DNA of 64,000 nt from Blasia pusilla (lineage: Eukaryota): NCBI GenBank assembly GCA_050084515.1, contig CM114271.1:40858001-40922000 (forward strand), written 5' to 3'. Position numbers and translations under genes: made by a program. This document shows positions 61,603-64,000 of this stretch, one piece after another. The notes under the pieces were generated by a model. That model was not told the origin of the DNA, did not search any database, and was given only the letters and a program-made list of their open reading frames with translations. The stretch's first letter is position 1, and the number at the start of each line of letters is the position of its first letter.

Positions 61603-62799
61603 TGTCGTGCACATGCACATCGCTACACAACATATATTGTTGTCACCGAACATACACACAAACACACATGATCCCATGCTAAATCATGGCATCCAAACAA
61701 GAGTATATCCCCTTCCCTCTCCCAAACTCTCTCCTCGGTAACCTATGCTCATAGGTCACCTCCTTGGATCTTGACCTGCTGTAGCGGGTCGCCTAACAAT
61801 GGCAGTTTTGCAAAATTGGCCATAAATTTCTGCTCGCACCTCCAAACCATGCTCCTTCTGATGCACAACGTGCACAACTTTATGATCTAAGATGGTATTA
61901 AAAAATAATTTTAATAAAAAATTACAATAAAAACTTATGGGGATTGTTGTAAATCCCAACGTCTCTTCTCCTACAAAAATTTTGGCAACGCTTCCGCGCT
62001 GATTTCTCCCAACGAAAATGTAAAATATGTGAAATTAAAAATCAGCAAGGTAGATGGTGCTCCCGAGAGCACCGGCATGGGGCAACCTGCCCCCATACTC
62101 AATCCCTATCAAAAATTGGGGAGCGCTTCCTCGCGCCACTTTCTCACACAGAAAATCGACACATAAACGTCAAAATAGCGCGGCTCTTGCTCTCGTGAGC
62201 ACTCCCATGAGCCATGACGTGGGGAACACGGTCCCCAACCTGTACCAAACATCGAGCAACGAGAGAGCTCTCCCATGAAGCTCTCTCACCCCCTCATTCT
62301 CTCTTTGTAAAATAAGGTGAAATCTCTCTCAACACCATAGCTCTCAAATGTGTGCACCCTCTCTCAATGTCAAACCAAACCCACTCTCCTAATAAGAGGC
62401 TTGGATTACTCTCACAAGGCAAGGGACGATAGTTCCGCAGCCTCATGCCAAAAGGTTCAACAAAGAGAGAATGAGCTCTCAAGCTCTCTCTCATTGAGGT
62501 ATACCCCTCCCCTCTCCCAAGCTCTCTCTATGGTAACCTATGCTCCTTCGCTCTTGATCTCATGTAGGAGGTCAAGGGCCACTTACTAAAATAGAAAGTA
62601 GATCATATACTCAAAATGGTACCTACCTAAAATAGTAAGTTCCTCAATATGGCTCAAAATGAGCCGAAACGAAGGGGAAACCTGCTCTCTCAAGTTTCAT
62701 CGGGCCTCATTAGGTCATCCTCGACCTCCTGAGCTTGTCCTCCACTACTCACGAAGGCGTTCTACTAGATCTCACCGATCTATTCTAAAAGACGTGACA
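61603..62799 (-). mobile_element. Deleted non-coding copy of the split-repeat family
   Basis: Full A repeat at 62799-62310, followed by the same CAAAGAGAGAATGAG as A1. A partial A joined to B ends ...GTGCACGACA at 61603. No matching TSD seen. Confidence 0.8.
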
Positions 62800-64000
62800 A
62801 CATGGAATTGCATGCTGGTAGCTAACCCGCAATTCCTTTTTTGGCTTAAGTCGTAAGTTATCCTTTGCAACACTTAGCATCTTCCCTTCGATAAGCCTAG
62901 ATTAGTTTTTGGGAACTAGTCTTAACTATCAAATAAGCTAACTAAGTGTGCTACCTAAGACTTCTCTAGCTCACAACTCGTAAGCATCCCACTTGTTTAC
63001 ACCACATACAAGTCATACTACTTTCAAGTCACTCTCGTATTCGACTTACACGCGTCACTTAGTTCACTCACGCTATCACGAGTAAGATCACCCCAAGCCC
63101 CACGGACGCTAGGTCGAGCCCTAGTGTTAGTCACCCGACTCTTAGTCCTATTGTAGGTGCTTATCCAAATACAAGCACTTACCCCAAATACTACTTGTCT
63201 ATCCTCTTTACTTACATCCTAAGCATATGAGGAACTACTCAGTGCCATGCACTACACGACACAAATTGGAATTAAAACAAGCATCGAATCTAGCAAAATA
63301 TATTTTACATGAAAAATACAAAATATATTTTACATTCTATATTTTGCAAAATATAGAATGTTTCTCATAAAAATTAGTTTAGGGTTAAGGAATTTCATAT
63401 ATCAAGAGCGTGCCTCATTACGTCCAAATTTGTAGAATGATGAGAAGTTAAAATCTAAATTTTGGGAATAGTTCTTAATTATGCTTGAGCCTACTCAAAC
63501 TATTTCCCTTGATTCTTTCTTCGATTTTCAATTTTCCAAAATAAATAAATGAGAATATTAAGGCCTTTTCTTTCCAAATAAAAATTTCCTTTGTTATCTT
63601 TTGTCTTTTGAAATTTACCATGTTCTCTCTCACTTTGTATTTTTCCTTACTACTTATTTTGTTTTGTAGGCATAAAAGAGGTTGAGAAGGATATGGAGGT
63701 ATGATTCTTGGTTACTTTACCAATAAGATTACTCAAAGTAGGGATTGATTTTGCAGTGAAAAGTCTTTGGTTCAACTCCTATAGCAATTGGTTATACGAG
63801 GTAAGAATATGTTGGAGAATTCATTGTTTAATGCGTACCAAAATTTCCATTGTTTTGGTCATGGCACTCTCCACAAGTTTGAGTGAATGATCCACAGTTT
63901 CACATGTATAGCAAGACACTAGGAAGGTTCCTTGGCCCGCTACAACAGACTATTCGATCTTGAAGCATACTATACTATAGTTGAGTGACTCTTATATGTT

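Noticed and set aside
62866-63263. Possible solo LTR (TG...CA, distinct composition)
   Set aside because: No TSD and no second copy in the window.

Overview
Eukaryotic nuclear DNA from a non-angiosperm land plant, inferred from a spliced flavodiiron gene plus a land-plant kinesin-13; a bryophyte such as a liverwort is plausible but unproven. Bases 1-18 kb hold two convergent intact genes: a 10-exon chloroplast flavodiiron FLVB/Flv3 (+) and a 12-exon kinesin-13 (-) with a 28-unit 12-aa repeat insert. Each gene has one GC-AG intron. Bases 20.4-57.7 kb are a four-level transposon nest. A hAT element (8-bp TSD) contains a Ty3/gypsy-type element with a PHD-tailed integrase and split direct repeats (A1...B1-A2-B2). 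That element contains three copies of one Mutator-like (MULE) family, and one MULE copy contains an Athila/Tat-like LTR element with an internal inversion. The strongest candidate for an undescribed system is the MULE family. It pairs a GCM-like/DDE/SWIM transposase with a divergent second gene carrying a beta-class amino-DNA-methyltransferase-like domain. A 67-bp-period palindrome array separates the two genes, and the same often GANTC-centred palindrome fills the element's introns. All transposon ORFs here are degenerate, and all calls come from manual reading with no database search.
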